The notes beneath the pieces are model-generated. The model worked only from the letters and a program-made list of their open reading frames with translations. It did no database searches and was not told the DNA's origin. From an uncultured bacterium (GTDB lineage Bacteria; Patescibacteriota; Minisyncoccia; Phycocordibacterales; GWA1-40-21): a stretch of 64,000 bases of DNA. Of the stretch, positions 1 to 11,045 are shown in pieces (within the stretch, counting starts at the first letter, position 1; each line of letters begins with the position of its first letter). The stretch lies in contig CAIJUJ010000027.1 in the NCBI GenBank assembly GCA_903823865.1, positions 12,065 through 76,064 on the forward strand, in the 5' to 3' direction. A program made the position numbers and the translations under genes.

Positions 1-1079
1 GATAGATGACCATATAAAGTTGAAAGACCATTATTATGCTCAATAAATACCCATTGTCCAAAAGATGCTCCTGGACAAACAATGTCTGTGTTGCCTGTTC
101 CTTTTATAACTCCACTTAAAGCAGCTTTGACTGGCGTTCCTATAGATGTGCCAAAATCAACCCCATTATGTCCTTGACCACTATAAGCGTTTGTAGTTTT
201 TGAAAAATCTGTAATTCCAAATCTTTGAGTTATCTTAATAAAATCAAGAGGCCAAGACAAAATTCCCTTACCAACAGAAGGAATACTGCTCAAATCCATT
301 GTGAATTTAAGCTGTGACTCAAACATTAACAATTCATTGTCAAAAGCATTTGCGAGAGTTTGTTTGTCTGAGAGTATTTTTTTGTATGCAGTTTCAGAAT
401 TTTTAGTATCAGCGAGCAATTTATTTTTCTCTTTTTTGGTAATAGCAAGAACACTCTTTTTATCGAGTAATGTAGTCTTCAATTTCAATAAATCCGCCTT
501 TTTCTTTTCAGCAAGTTTTTTATTACTTTCTAAAATAGTTTTTGTATCTTTTGTCTCATTTATTTTTTCCCTAATCTGATTTTGAACAAGATAAATATTT
601 TGTTGTTCATTCCAAAATTCGGAAAGGTTTTTATAAGTTAATAAATTTTCAATAATAGATGAACTATCATAATTGTTAATTTGTTTAACAAGTATCGATA
701 TCGCCTCTGTATCCTTATTGATTAAATCAATATTTTTCCCAATATTTAAAGACAATTCTTCAATTTCAAGAGAGGTGGAATTAATATTGCTTTGAGTAAG
801 TTTTATATCAAGAGCATTTTTATTAATTGTTGCATCAAGCGATTTAATAGTATTTTTTAAGGACACTGCTTGTGCACCAATATCCTTTAACTGTTGCTCA
901 TATTGAGCTATTTCTTGTTCGAGTTGAATTTTATTTGCAGTAACTTGCTGGATTTGTTGTTTTATTTCATCAGCCGTTGCTGAATAAACCACTTTACAAT
1001 TTAGAAGAAAAAAACTAAGAAAAATAATTCCGAAAAATATCTTTATTAATGAATAGTTTGGTTTTTTAAGAAAGTACAT
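1..1079 (-). CDS. Coiled-coil M23-family peptidoglycan endopeptidase (EnvC/NlpD-like), 3' end runs off the window
   Basis: Translated by hand from ATG at 1079: N-terminal hydrophobic segment, long coiled coil, then WPL...HNGVDFG...GLSTLYGHLS M23 motifs. Absent from the ORF track. Confidence 0.85.
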   Translation of the reverse strand, partial: MYFLKKPNYSLIKIFFGIIFLSFFLLNCKVVYSATADEIKQQIQQVTANKIQLEQEIAQYEQQLKDIGAQAVSLKNTIKSLDATINKNALDIKLTQSNINSTSLEIEELSLNIGKNIDLINKDTEAISILVKQINNYDSSSIIENLLTYKNLSEFWNEQQNIYLVQNQIREKINETKDTKTILESNKKLAEKKKADLLKLKTTLLDKKSVLAITKKEKNKLLADTKNSETAYKKILSDKQTLANAFDNELLMFESQLKFTMDLSSIPSVGKGILSWPLDFIKITQRFGITDFSKTTNAYSGQGHNGVDFGTSIGTPVKAALSGVIKGTGNTDIVCPGASFGQWVFIEHNNGLSTLYGHL

Positions 1080-1090
1080 TTTGGTAAAAA

Positions 1091-2545
1091 CTATATGGAT
1101 TCAATCGCTTTTTTAATCCTATTTATAGATTCATTTTTACCCAAAACAAACAAAAGTGTAAATGGATCAGGGGATTTTTCCTTACCAGATAAAGCCACCC
1201 TTAAAGGCCAGAGAACATTCCCCTTCCCTTTTTCCTCTGCGAGCTTCATGAGCTCTTGCTTTAATATTTCTAATGTAAAATCTTTATCAGAAATCTTATT
1301 CAAAATATCAGAAACTAAAGACAAATTTTCTTTAGCCTCGACTAAAGTTCCACCCTTTTTCCAAACAATCATTTCTTTTGATATTATTGGTATTTCAAAA
1401 TAATACTGTATATCGCCATCAACAACCATTTTATCTATATCTGAAAAAACATTGATTCTCTCGACTATTAAATCAGAAATCTTATTTATAATTTTTTCAT
1501 CTTGAAACTCTTTTGGAAACCTATTTTTTATTTCTGAAATTATTTTTTCTTTAGGAAGTTTTTTAATATATTCTTTATTAAGCCAAATGAGTTTCTCTTC
1601 ATTAAACTTTCCTCCTGCAGATTGGATTTTTTTAATATCGAAAGCTTCAATAATTTCTTCTATTTTCATAACTTCTCTTTCATCGCCTGGATTCCAGCCA
1701 ATAAATGAAAGAAAATTAATAACTGCTTCTGGTAAAAAACCTTCTTTTTTATAATCTAATATGTCTTTTGCACCGTCTCTTTTCCCAAGTTTTTTCTTGC
1801 CATCTGGCCCAATTATTGGAGGTAATGTTGCAAACTCCGGTCTTTTTATATCCAATGCCTCATACAGTGCTAGAAATTTTGGAGTTGAAGAAATAAATTC
1901 ATCAGCTCTAAAAATATGAGTGACTCCCATATATAAATCATCTATAATATGCGCAAAATTATATGTTGGATAACCATCACTTTTCATTAAAATAAAATCA
2001 TCTAGTGCTTCTGGTCCAGCAGAAAGTTCTCCACGAACTAAATCATTCCAAACATATCTTTTTACATCTTTTATTTTTAATCGAAGGGGTTTTGTTCCAT
2101 CCCATTTTGGTGGTTTGTCTGGTCTATGCTCACGAAACAGAAATGGCTTTTTTTCCTCATCTGCTTTTTTTCTAAATACCTCCAATTCTTCTTCTGTATA
2201 TGGGTCGGCATAAGCTAAATCTTTTTTGTATAATATTTCTGCGTATTTTTTGTATGTATCTAATCTTTGCGATTGTATATATGGGCTATTTGGTCCACCG
2301 ATATCTGGCCCTTCATCCCAATTAATATTTAACCATTTGAGAGATTTAATAATATGTTCTATCGAACCTTCAACCTCTCTTTTTTTGTCAGTATCTTCTA
2401 TTCTTAATATAAAAGTGCCATTATTTTTTTTAGCAAAAAGCCATGCAAATAGTGCAGTCCTAACACTACCTACATGCATAAATCCGGTAGGACTTGGTGC
2501 AAATCTGGTAACTATTTTAGAATTATTTTTCATGTTGTAAACCAA
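1091..2545 (-). CDS. gltX: Glutamate--tRNA ligase
   Basis: TRFAPSPTGFMHVGS, LRIEDTD, KKLGKR (KMSKS-like). True start probably ATG at 2533. Confidence 0.95.
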   Translation of the reverse strand: MVYNMKNNSKIVTRFAPSPTGFMHVGSVRTALFAWLFAKKNNGTFILRIEDTDKKREVEGSIEHIIKSLKWLNINWDEGPDIGGPNSPYIQSQRLDTYKKYAEILYKKDLAYADPYTEEELEVFRKKADEEKKPFLFREHRPDKPPKWDGTKPLRLKIKDVKRYVWNDLVRGELSAGPEALDDFILMKSDGYPTYNFAHIIDDLYMGVTHIFRADEFISSTPKFLALYEALDIKRPEFATLPPIIGPDGKKKLGKRDGAKDILDYKKEGFLPEAVINFLSFIGWNPGDEREVMKIEEIIEAFDIKKIQSAGGKFNEEKLIWLNKEYIKKLPKEKIISEIKNRFPKEFQDEKIINKISDLIVERINVFSDIDKMVVDGDIQYYFEIPIISKEMIVWKKGGTLVEAKENLSLVSDILNKISDKDFTLEILKQELMKLAEEKGKGNVLWPLRVALSGKEKSPDPFTLLFVLGKNESINRIKKAIESI

Positions 2546-3653
2546 TTTTAATTATTTCGTGAGCTATCAAATCAGAGGCGTCTGTTTTTATAAAACTTTT
2601 TGCTCCATCACTCATTTTTTGTGATATTTTTTTATCATCAATTATCCTAAATATTTCAGAAAGTAAAATGTTCGGAGAAAGATTTGACTCTTCAATGACT
2701 ACTGCACCACCTGAACGTGCATAATTATAAGCATTCTGACGTTGATGATTACCATTTGTCTCAGTAATAGGAATAATGATACTAGGAATACCCCACGTTG
2801 CTATTTCAAAAATAGCCGAACCAGCACGAGATATAATAAGATTTGATGCACCAGCAGCCATACCCATATTCAAATTATCTAAATAATCAAAAGCTCTATA
2901 TCTAGTTTTAAATTGGTTACCTGTCAAAATTACATCAGCAGTTGCTGTAACTTCCTGAATGTTATCTTTACCTGTCTGGTGCAATACGTAATATTTTTCT
3001 ACAAGATTATTTAATATACTCAATATCTTTTCATTGATTATTTTTGCGCCAAGAGACCCACCCAAAATAAGTATTACCGGAATATTTTCATCAAGTTTTA
3101 GATATTGTTTTGCACTATCTCTCGGTGGTATCATCTTAACACTTTTTCTAACCGGATTACTTGTAACAGCAACTTTCTTCTCATCAAAAAATTTTGATGC
3201 TTCTGGATAAGAAACCGCGATCCTCTTTGCAAATTTTCCTGCCCAAATGTTTGTTCTTCCAGGAACACTATCTGACTCATGAATAACTACAGGTATTCTC
3301 AATAATTTTGCTGCAACCAAGACAGGAAAGCTCGAGTAAGCTCCTTTACTAAATATCACATCTGGATAAATATTAAAAACTTTAAAAATTGCCCCAATAA
3401 TTCCAAAAAATGTTTTAAATAAATCAAAAAAATTTAATAAAGAAAAATACGTTCTCACTTTACCAGCTGAAATATTTATGTATTCAATATTATTTTCAAG
3501 CAACATATCTGCATCGTGTGGTGAATCAGACATATAATAAAGCTGAACCGGTAGGAGTTTCCCTTCTTTGACTATTTGATTAATTTTTTCTGCAACTGCG
3601 ATAAGTGGGTAAAAATGTCCGCCTGTTCCACCACCAGTTAATAATATTTTCAT
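2523..3653 (-). CDS. murG: MurG GlcNAc transferase
   Basis: TGGGTGGHFYP, GGSLGA, ISRAG, HQRQNA motifs. Confidence 0.95.
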   Translation of the reverse strand: MKILLTGGGTGGHFYPLIAVAEKINQIVKEGKLLPVQLYYMSDSPHDADMLLENNIEYINISAGKVRTYFSLLNFFDLFKTFFGIIGAIFKVFNIYPDVIFSKGAYSSFPVLVAAKLLRIPVVIHESDSVPGRTNIWAGKFAKRIAVSYPEASKFFDEKKVAVTSNPVRKSVKMIPPRDSAKQYLKLDENIPVILILGGSLGAKIINEKILSILNNLVEKYYVLHQTGKDNIQEVTATADVILTGNQFKTRYRAFDYLDNLNMGMAAGASNLIISRAGSAIFEIATWGIPSIIIPITETNGNHQRQNAYNYARSGGAVVIEESNLSPNILLSEIFRIIDDKKISQKMSDGAKSFIKTDASDLIAHEIIKIGLQHEK

Positions 3654-3661
3654 AATAAATT

Positions 3662-4777
3662 TTATACTTTAAATGCTCTACTAAACTTTGATACGTTCAA
3701 AACAATTCCCATTTCAAGCAAGACCAAAAGCATTGCTGTCCCTCCTTGGCTAAAAAATGCAAGCGGTAAACCTGAAAAGGGTATTATACCAAGAACTGAA
3801 GCCATATTTGTAAACGACTGCAGTACAGTAAGTATAACAATTCCAACTACTAAAAGTCCACCAAAAATATCAGGAGACCTGATTGCGATTCTAAAACCAC
3901 GAAAACAAAAAAATAAGAAAATGACTACAATCGCAACGCAGGCAACAAAACCGCCTTCCTCTGCAAGAACTGCAAAAATTGTATCACTTATGGATTCAGG
4001 CAAGAATTTGTACTTTTGTACACTCTGACCAAGACCTTTCCCGAAAACTTGTCCTGAACCAACAGCGATTAATGATTGTTGAACTTGATAACCAGAAGTC
4101 TGTGAATTGTCTCCTGGGTTTATAAAAGTTTCAATTCTTGACATAACATATGGTCTAGTAAACGCAAGAAATGCAATTATCGCGACCCCAAGTGCACCAA
4201 GAACTAAAACATATCTAAATTTTCCACCAGCTACAAGAAACATTGTGGTGCAAGTAGCAGCAATAATTAGAAATGAGTCAGTGTCTGGTTGGCTTAATAA
4301 AATTAACCCGGAAATCGCAATAAGAATTAAAAGTGGAATAAAACCAAATTTTATTGTAGAAACTTTTTCCTTAACTGAAGACAACCAAGCAGACCAATAT
4401 ATAATAAAACCAATATTTAAAATGGTTACTGGCTGAAAAGAAAAACCAAAAATTGAAATCCATCTTTTTGCAAACGTATTAAGATTTGTTCCTACATGCG
4501 GAACAAAAACTAATAATGTCAAAATAATTGACGCAGCAAAAATTGCTAATGAATATTTTTTGTAAATTTTATAATCAATTTTTGAAAACACAAAACAAGC
4601 CAATAAACCAAAAACTATTCCAAAAAAAAGTTGCTTTAATACGACCGATGTAAATTGGATACTATCTTTTGCCAAAATTCCCATTGACGCCGATATAAAA
4701 ATAATAAAACCAAAAATCAAAAGAGCAATTACAATACCTAGAAAAACTTTATCAATATTTTTTTTAGTTCCTGTCAT
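3662..4777 (-). CDS. ftsW: SEDS peptidoglycan polymerase FtsW
   Basis: Multi-TM; RWI..FQP, QPD, GYQVQQSLIAVGSG, LPESISDTIF; lies between mraY and murG. Confidence 0.9.
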   Translation of the reverse strand: MTGTKKNIDKVFLGIVIALLIFGFIIFISASMGILAKDSIQFTSVVLKQLFFGIVFGLLACFVFSKIDYKIYKKYSLAIFAASIILTLLVFVPHVGTNLNTFAKRWISIFGFSFQPVTILNIGFIIYWSAWLSSVKEKVSTIKFGFIPLLILIAISGLILLSQPDTDSFLIIAATCTTMFLVAGGKFRYVLVLGALGVAIIAFLAFTRPYVMSRIETFINPGDNSQTSGYQVQQSLIAVGSGQVFGKGLGQSVQKYKFLPESISDTIFAVLAEEGGFVACVAIVVIFLFFCFRGFRIAIRSPDIFGGLLVVGIVILTVLQSFTNMASVLGIIPFSGLPLAFFSQGGTAMLLVLLEMGIVLNVSKFSRAFKV

Positions 4778-5851
4778 CTAAATTTTAATCAAAGCCAAAA
4801 TTACACCAATAATCGCACAAACGATACTGACAACCCAGTATCTCATTGTGACTTTATATGCAGGCCAGCCGATTGCTTCAAAATGATGATGCACAGGTGC
4901 TACAAGAAAAACTTTTTTCCCATGTCTAAATTTCTTTGAAATGACCTGAACAATTACGGATAATGAAGTAATAACCAAAGGTAGAGCAATCACTGGTAAG
5001 ACTGCAATTCCCCTTCCTTCACCCATTGAATCAGTCATAAAGGCAACAATAGCAAGTGTTATTGCAAGTGCCATACTTCCAGTTTCGGACATATAAAATC
5101 TAGCCGGAGAAATATTAAACCACAAAAATGCAAGTATTGAACCAACAACGACTGCACAAAATGCCGCAAGATTAATTTGATTTTGAAAAAAAGCAATACC
5201 AGCATATGCAGAGAAAATCGCCGCAAAAACTCCTCCCGCAAGCCCATCTATCCCATCAATAACTCCTCCAGAATAAATAAATAAAGTTAATAAAACAAAA
5301 ATTGGAATAAATAGTATACCAAAATTAATTCCGCCCAAAAATGGAACACTGATCGTATTTACATCCAATTTAAAGTAAAACCAAAGTGCAATTAAAAAAG
5401 AAATTATACTCACAAAAAATAGTCTTTTTTTAAGTGAAAGCCCACCAGCATAATTTCCCCCAGTTCCTTTTATTTCTAAAATATCATCTACCAAGCCGAC
5501 TAAGGCACCTAAAATAAGTACGCAAAGTGGAATCCAGGTTTGGTCTCTACTTAAAAAATCTAATTTTGTAAATGTTCCATCAAAGATTTTTGCTAATAAC
5601 CAAAATGCAGCGGTAGTAATAAAAGCAGATGCCCAAATAACGATTCCGCCCATTCTTGGTGCGCTAACTTCCCTATCAGCGTGTAAACTATTAAATATTG
5701 GGGTTCCTCCACCGTCAATCGAGACGGTTTTAACCTTTTTCTTCCACATTTTATATTTGTAAAGATATTTTGTAAGAAGCGGAGTACCAAGCATTCCAAT
5801 AATGAAGGCTATAACTGAGGGCAAAATCACTTTGATAAGATTTATTGTCAT
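4778..5851 (-). CDS. mraY: Phospho-N-acetylmuramoyl-pentapeptide transferase
   Basis: PRMGG, GLVDD, DGIDGL, APVHHHFE motifs. Confidence 0.93.
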   Translation of the reverse strand: MTINLIKVILPSVIAFIIGMLGTPLLTKYLYKYKMWKKKVKTVSIDGGGTPIFNSLHADREVSAPRMGGIVIWASAFITTAAFWLLAKIFDGTFTKLDFLSRDQTWIPLCVLILGALVGLVDDILEIKGTGGNYAGGLSLKKRLFFVSIISFLIALWFYFKLDVNTISVPFLGGINFGILFIPIFVLLTLFIYSGGVIDGIDGLAGGVFAAIFSAYAGIAFFQNQINLAAFCAVVVGSILAFLWFNISPARFYMSETGSMALAITLAIVAFMTDSMGEGRGIAVLPVIALPLVITSLSVIVQVISKKFRHGKKVFLVAPVHHHFEAIGWPAYKVTMRYWVVSIVCAIIGVILALIKI

Positions 5852-5917
5852 CTTGATAATTGTTTGATTATTATACCTATTCTAACATTTTTTAAAATAA
5901 TTCGTAGTTGTTAATAA

Positions 5918-6850
5918 TTATTGTTCAGAAAACCTTTGTAGTGTTATCTGTTCCAATTTTATTACATCACTAAATCTACCATCAGTAGTTGAACCCAAAA
6001 CTACAACAATAACTGGGTGCATAAAACCAGCATCAAAAATCACAGCGAGATTGCCACCAGCAAGATTTGTAAAACCAGTTTTTGAAGCAATGAGACCAGA
6101 AATTTGGTTCATCGCTTCATTGGTATTTACAGCACTATGTATAATATTACTTTCTGAAATAAATTCCTCTTCTTTTTTGTTTGTGTCGGAAATTAATGTT
6201 GGATCCTTTTTAAGAATAGACTGGAAAAGCAAAGATATATCGAACGCCGAACTATAAGCACCACTCATATTTGTATCAATATCAAGACCAGTTTCATTTA
6301 TAAAAAACGTATCATTCATTTTTAAATTTGCTGCTTTTTCATTCATTATTTTTACAGTATCTTTATTATTTACTGCTTCATAATAATTTAGAGCTGAAGC
6401 TATAGCGTGCATTCCATCATTTGATGAAGTAATTAATGAAAAATCCAACAAATCTTTTAATTTCCATTTTTCTCCAACGATAAGCCCGGTATCACCTTCC
6501 ATTGCAACATCATTTTTAGTAATTGTAATAATTGTGGTCTCGGGCATAATATCAAAAACAACAAGCCCAGACATAAGTTTTGTGATTGAAGCCAATGGTA
6601 ATTTTTCGTGTTCATCCTTAGCAAAAATTGGTTTTTGGTCAATTACATCATAAACATAATATGATTTTGCTTTGATACTATTTAATACGGCATCGTAGTC
6701 AAACTTTTTTTGTTCAATAGTTTGACCTGAAATCATTTTGATATTTTCACTTTCTTTTTTCGAATAGAAAGTGAAACACAAAACAATCACAGCCACTATT
6801 GCTGAAATTATCAGTAATTTATTTTCTTTTATAAAATTTTTGAAATACAT
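5918..6850 (-). CDS. D-alanyl-D-alanine carboxypeptidase (S11 family)
   Basis: ASITK (SxxK), SSN (SxN), KTG; N-terminal TM anchor. Confidence 0.88.
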   Translation of the reverse strand: MYFKNFIKENKLLIISAIVAVIVLCFTFYSKKESENIKMISGQTIEQKKFDYDAVLNSIKAKSYYVYDVIDQKPIFAKDEHEKLPLASITKLMSGLVVFDIMPETTIITITKNDVAMEGDTGLIVGEKWKLKDLLDFSLITSSNDGMHAIASALNYYEAVNNKDTVKIMNEKAANLKMNDTFFINETGLDIDTNMSGAYSSAFDISLLFQSILKKDPTLISDTNKKEEEFISESNIIHSAVNTNEAMNQISGLIASKTGFTNLAGGNLAVIFDAGFMHPVIVVVLGSTTDGRFSDVIKLEQITLQRFSEQ

Positions 6851-7473
6851 TATTCTTTTATGGTATCAGCTGGGGTTTCCATCTGGCTTTCTAAATCTGC
6901 GTTTGCTTCATCTTGACTTTCTTTTTGTTCTTCGGCTTGTTGTGAATTTTTATAACTTTCAATTTCATTTCTTGCGTCAGTATAATTTGGCATATCTTCC
7001 ATTTTTGTGATTCCCATGAAACTTAGCATTTCAAAAGTTGGTTTATACAAGAATACTCTTTGATCTTTTGGATTTGGAACTTTTTCAATCAAACCACGAA
7101 TCATCAAATTTCTAATAATAAAACTTGATTGAACTCCTCTTATATAATCTATTTCCGAACGTGATATTGGCCCTTGATAAATAATAATTGAAAGTGTTTC
7201 AAGCCCAGCTCTACCCAAATCTCGAACAAGTTCCTCCTTTGTGAGTTTTTCAATAAGTTCTGAAGTGTCTTTTGATGTTCCAAGTGTGACTTCGTCATCT
7301 TTGAATATCAATACGATTCCTCTATTCGTGAGATTCGTTTCAAGATTTTTTAATGAAGCTAAAATTTCTTCTTCGGTCTTTTCAAAAATTTGTCCGAGTT
7401 TTTTTATAGAAACCGGCTCACCTTTCCAGAAAAGTACGGACTCTATTTGTTTTTCTAAGTTATTTTCTTGCAT
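6850..7473 (-). CDS. scpB: SMC-Scp complex subunit ScpB
   Basis: LETLSIIIYQGPISRSEIDYIRGV motif. Confidence 0.92.
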   Translation of the reverse strand: MQENNLEKQIESVLFWKGEPVSIKKLGQIFEKTEEEILASLKNLETNLTNRGIVLIFKDDEVTLGTSKDTSELIEKLTKEELVRDLGRAGLETLSIIIYQGPISRSEIDYIRGVQSSFIIRNLMIRGLIEKVPNPKDQRVFLYKPTFEMLSFMGITKMEDMPNYTDARNEIESYKNSQQAEEQKESQDEANADLESQMETPADTIKE

Positions 7474-7485
7474 GATAGTTTTTTA

Positions 7486-7968
7486 TTATAATATATTTCT
7501 TTCCATCTTTTTACTTACTTCCTTAAAACCCATACTTGTCCAAACAGCCACTCCTAATTTATTTTTAGTATTTACCGAAAGTTCAATTTTTTTAATTTTC
7601 TTTTTCTTAAGAATACCGGCCATGTAATTAAAAATCATTTTGCCTAATCCCAACCCTCTATATTTCTTTTGAATATACATTGTCTCTAAATAAGCAATTT
7701 TATCTAAAATAAATATTGGTGTTAATTTGCGAATATTAAAAGAAAAATAACCAATTGGTTTTTCATTTTTCTCAACAATGTAATAATATGTATTTGGTTT
7801 TTTTATATCCCTAGATATAAACTTTTTATATATTAATTCAACTGTAACACCTTTTTTATATCTATTATCAAAATTACGATGATAATCTAAAATTTCTTGA
7901 TCACTTTTAACAAGAAAAGGAATATCTTTTTTTGTCGCTCTATAAATATTTATTTTATCTTTTAACAT
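7486..7968 (-). CDS. GNAT family N-acetyltransferase
   Basis: YIQKKYRGLGLGK acetyl-CoA motif A. Confidence 0.8.
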   Translation of the reverse strand: MLKDKINIYRATKKDIPFLVKSDQEILDYHRNFDNRYKKGVTVELIYKKFISRDIKKPNTYYYIVEKNEKPIGYFSFNIRKLTPIFILDKIAYLETMYIQKKYRGLGLGKMIFNYMAGILKKKKIKKIELSVNTKNKLGVAVWTSMGFKEVSKKMERNIL

Positions 7969-7979
7969 TTTTTTGATAA

Positions 7980-8708
7980 TTAATATGAAGGCACACCTAA
8001 ATGCTTCGTTTCCATGTGTATATCTTCAAATTTATCTTTTTGATTGACCTCTATTATACCTTGTTTTACAAGCTCAAGCATGGCTAAAAAGCTAACAATT
8101 ACATTAATTTTCTCTGATTTTCCCATACCTGAAAAATCTTTAAAACTCATTTTGAGGGATGATTTTACTCTTTCAGTAAGGCTGGTTATCATTTCCTCGA
8201 GACTTACAACTTTTGTTACTTTTACTTTTGGTTTTACTTCAAATTTTGGTAGATTTTTAATAACATCAAAAATAGCCTTCGAAATATTTTCTTTACTCAT
8301 TTTAGTGTCTGGAGAAAAAACTGGTTCCATTTTTCTTGCATTTGGGAAGAATATAATTTGTTTACCAAAATTCTTTTTCACAAAAACGCTGAGTTCTTTA
8401 ATTTTTTTGTAAATTTTTAACTTCAACTCCAAATCTCGCATATCTGTCTGCTCTTCTTCTGAAAGATTGAGTGAAGGAATCAATGATCTTGATTTAATAA
8501 GCAAAAGTGTGGAAGCTACAACTAAAAATTCAGAAGTATCTTTTATTGAATACACTTCCCTATTTTGTAAATGAGCAATAAAGTCGTCTGTAACTTTAGC
8601 CAAAGAAACATCATTTATTAAAAGTTTTCTTTTTTCTATAAGGGAAAGTAGCAAGTCTAGTGGACCTTCAAAAATTTCAGTTTTGATTTTGAATAAATTA
8701 TTTTCCAT
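7980..8708 (-). CDS. scpA: Segregation/condensation protein ScpA
   Basis: FEGPLDLLLSLI N-terminus; FLAMLELVK C-terminus. Confidence 0.93.
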   Translation of the reverse strand: MENNLFKIKTEIFEGPLDLLLSLIEKRKLLINDVSLAKVTDDFIAHLQNREVYSIKDTSEFLVVASTLLLIKSRSLIPSLNLSEEEQTDMRDLELKLKIYKKIKELSVFVKKNFGKQIIFFPNARKMEPVFSPDTKMSKENISKAIFDVIKNLPKFEVKPKVKVTKVVSLEEMITSLTERVKSSLKMSFKDFSGMGKSEKINVIVSFLAMLELVKQGIIEVNQKDKFEDIHMETKHLGVPSY

Positions 8709-9237
8709 CGCTTAATTTTGCAAAATGATAATCATCTATAATTTTTCCATCTTTTAAGTATGCTTTTCTAGAGATTCCCTCAAGTTTAAAGCTATTTTTT
8801 AGTAAAACTTTTTGAGAACCCTTGTTCCAAGGAAAAGTTTTTGCTTCAACTCTTTTTATTTCCTTAAAATTTTTAAAAATATATTTTATATAAATTTTGG
8901 TTGCCTCTGACATAATTCCTTTTCCCCAATATTTTTCTCCAAGCCAATATCCAAAACCCATTATAAATGTTTGTTTTTTAATATCACCACCAATAGCTCC
9001 AGCAACATCTCCATCTATATCAATAACAAAATTAATAATTGGACTAATTTTGTACTTTTTTAAAGAATGTTTTACCCATTTTTTTGCTTCATCAAGTGTA
9101 TATGGGTATGGGAAACCTTCAAACATATTTCTAGCTATTTTTTTGTTATTTGCATTTTTAGCCAAAGAAAACTCGTCTCCTTTTTTCCAAGTTCTTATAA
9201 TAAATCCTTTTCCTTTTAAAATTATTTGTTTATTCAT
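8698..9237 (-). CDS. GNAT acetyltransferase, RimJ/RimL-like
   Basis: FPYPYT, GYWLGEKYWGKGIMSEA, N..SQKVLLKNSF..EG. Confidence 0.85.
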   Translation of the reverse strand: MNKQIILKGKGFIIRTWKKGDEFSLAKNANNKKIARNMFEGFPYPYTLDEAKKWVKHSLKKYKISPIINFVIDIDGDVAGAIGGDIKKQTFIMGFGYWLGEKYWGKGIMSEATKIYIKYIFKNFKEIKRVEAKTFPWNKGSQKVLLKNSFKLEGISRKAYLKDGKIIDDYHFAKLSDGK

Positions 9238-9626
9238 TAATTACTCAAAATTATATTAGCAACTTTTTTTAAGTCTTCAATTTTTGGATGAGTTGCTCTT
9301 TCTGGATTTAGTTCACCTCCATTATTGATTGGAACTAAATGTAAATGCACATGTGGTACACCAAATCCTTCTACAGCTAAACCAACTCTTTTAGGTTTTA
9401 ATTTTGATTTTAATATTTTTGCAATTTCTTTTCCTTTTAACATCAACTCACTATATTTATTATCTTCAAGATCAAAAAGATAATCATTATGTTCTTTAGG
9501 AATTAATAAGGTATGACCTGGATTTATCTGCCCTTGATCAAGAAAAGCAAAATAATTTTCATCTTCCCATATTTTAAGACAGGGTATTTCTCCTTTTATT
9601 ATTTTACAAAATATACAATCCTCCAT
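9237..9626 (-). CDS. HIT family nucleotide hydrolase
   Basis: CIFCKI..GEIP and HVHLHLVP histidine triad. Confidence 0.92.
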   Translation of the reverse strand: MEDCIFCKIIKGEIPCLKIWEDENYFAFLDQGQINPGHTLLIPKEHNDYLFDLEDNKYSELMLKGKEIAKILKSKLKPKRVGLAVEGFGVPHVHLHLVPINNGGELNPERATHPKIEDLKKVANIILSN

Positions 9627-9627
9627 A

Positions 9628-11025
9628 TTATTTTTTCTTTTTTATCTCAATTCCCAAATCTCTTAATTGTTCGTTTGGAATTTCAGAAGGAGAACCCATC
9701 ATTAAATCTTTTCCTTCTCCTGTTTTAGCAAACGCAATAACTTCACGAATATTTGGCTCGTTGTTTAATATCATCACGATTCTATCTATACCAGGAGCAA
9801 ATCCTGCATGTGGTGGAGTACCATATTTGAATGCTTCAAGCATATGTCCGAATCTTTTTTGCTGATCATCATCACTAATTCCAAGATGCTCAAATACTTT
9901 CTTTTGTACATCTGATTTATGAATTCTTACACTTCCTGAACTCAATTCAAGTTGATTTAAGACAAGGTCATAAGCTTTTGCTTTTATAGATAACAAATCT
10001 TTACCCGCCATAAAATTTTCTAAATCTTCATCTTTTACTGCACAGAATGGATGATGTGTTGCAGACAATTTACCATCCTCGCCTTTTTCAAACATAGGAA
10101 AATCTACAACCCAAACAAATGAGAGTTCGTTTTTATCTTCTTTATTTTTTCTCATATCTGGCTTATCTGAACCAAATTTTTCCATAGAATCTTTGTAAGT
10201 GATTCTAGGAAAAGGTACCTGTGTAATATGTTTTTCTGGATACAATTTTGTAACCAACTCAATAAACATCTTTTCAGTTAACTTAAGAACATCTTCTTGA
10301 TCAACAAATGACATTTCATAATCAAACTGTGTAAATTCTGGTTGTCTATCACCTCTTGTATCTTCATCTCTGAAACATCTCGCTATCTGAAAATATTTTT
10401 CAAAACCAGCAACCATACACAATTGTTTAAATTGTTGTGGTGATTGTGGCAATACATAAAATTTTCCATTCTCAAGTCTTGATGGAACAACATATTCACG
10501 AGAACCCTCAGGTGTACCTTTCATTAAAATTGGAGTTTCAATTTCAACAAAATTTTCTTTGTGCATATAATCTCTGAAAAAAGAAATAATTTTATCTCTG
10601 TCACGAATATTTTTTTGCATTCTTGGTCTTCGCAAATCCAAATATCTATATTTCAAACGAGCATCTTCACCAATTTCAATTCCATCTCCCCTGACATCAA
10701 TAGCTGGAGTAAGTGCTTCATTTAAAACATTAATAGATAAAACTTCTATTTCAACGCTACCATTTACTTCATCTTTGTTTACCATTCTTTCTGGACGAGC
10801 ATTTACTTTTCCAGAAACTTCAAGAACCCATTCAGAACGAACAGTGTTTGCCAAAGTATGTGCTTCTTTATGATTTGGAAGTGCAACCATCTGAACTTTT
10901 CCAGACATATCGCGAAGGTCAATAAAAATAAGTTTGCCGTGATCTCGTCTAACATCCACCCAGCCACAGATTTTTACTTCCTCTCCAACTTTTTTATTTA
11001 ATTCTCCAATGTATGTACGTTGCAT
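9628..11025 (-). CDS. aspS: Aspartate--tRNA ligase (short form, GAD insertion absent; possibly non-discriminating)
   Basis: RRDHG, LPQSPQQFKQ, FRDED..DRQPEFTQ, PPHAGFAPGIDR. Confidence 0.93.
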   Translation of the reverse strand: MQRTYIGELNKKVGEEVKICGWVDVRRDHGKLIFIDLRDMSGKVQMVALPNHKEAHTLANTVRSEWVLEVSGKVNARPERMVNKDEVNGSVEIEVLSINVLNEALTPAIDVRGDGIEIGEDARLKYRYLDLRRPRMQKNIRDRDKIISFFRDYMHKENFVEIETPILMKGTPEGSREYVVPSRLENGKFYVLPQSPQQFKQLCMVAGFEKYFQIARCFRDEDTRGDRQPEFTQFDYEMSFVDQEDVLKLTEKMFIELVTKLYPEKHITQVPFPRITYKDSMEKFGSDKPDMRKNKEDKNELSFVWVVDFPMFEKGEDGKLSATHHPFCAVKDEDLENFMAGKDLLSIKAKAYDLVLNQLELSSGSVRIHKSDVQKKVFEHLGISDDDQQKRFGHMLEAFKYGTPPHAGFAPGIDRIVMILNNEPNIREVIAFAKTGEGKDLMMGSPSEIPNEQLRDLGIEIKKKK

Positions 11026-11045
11026 AAAATTATTATTAATCTATT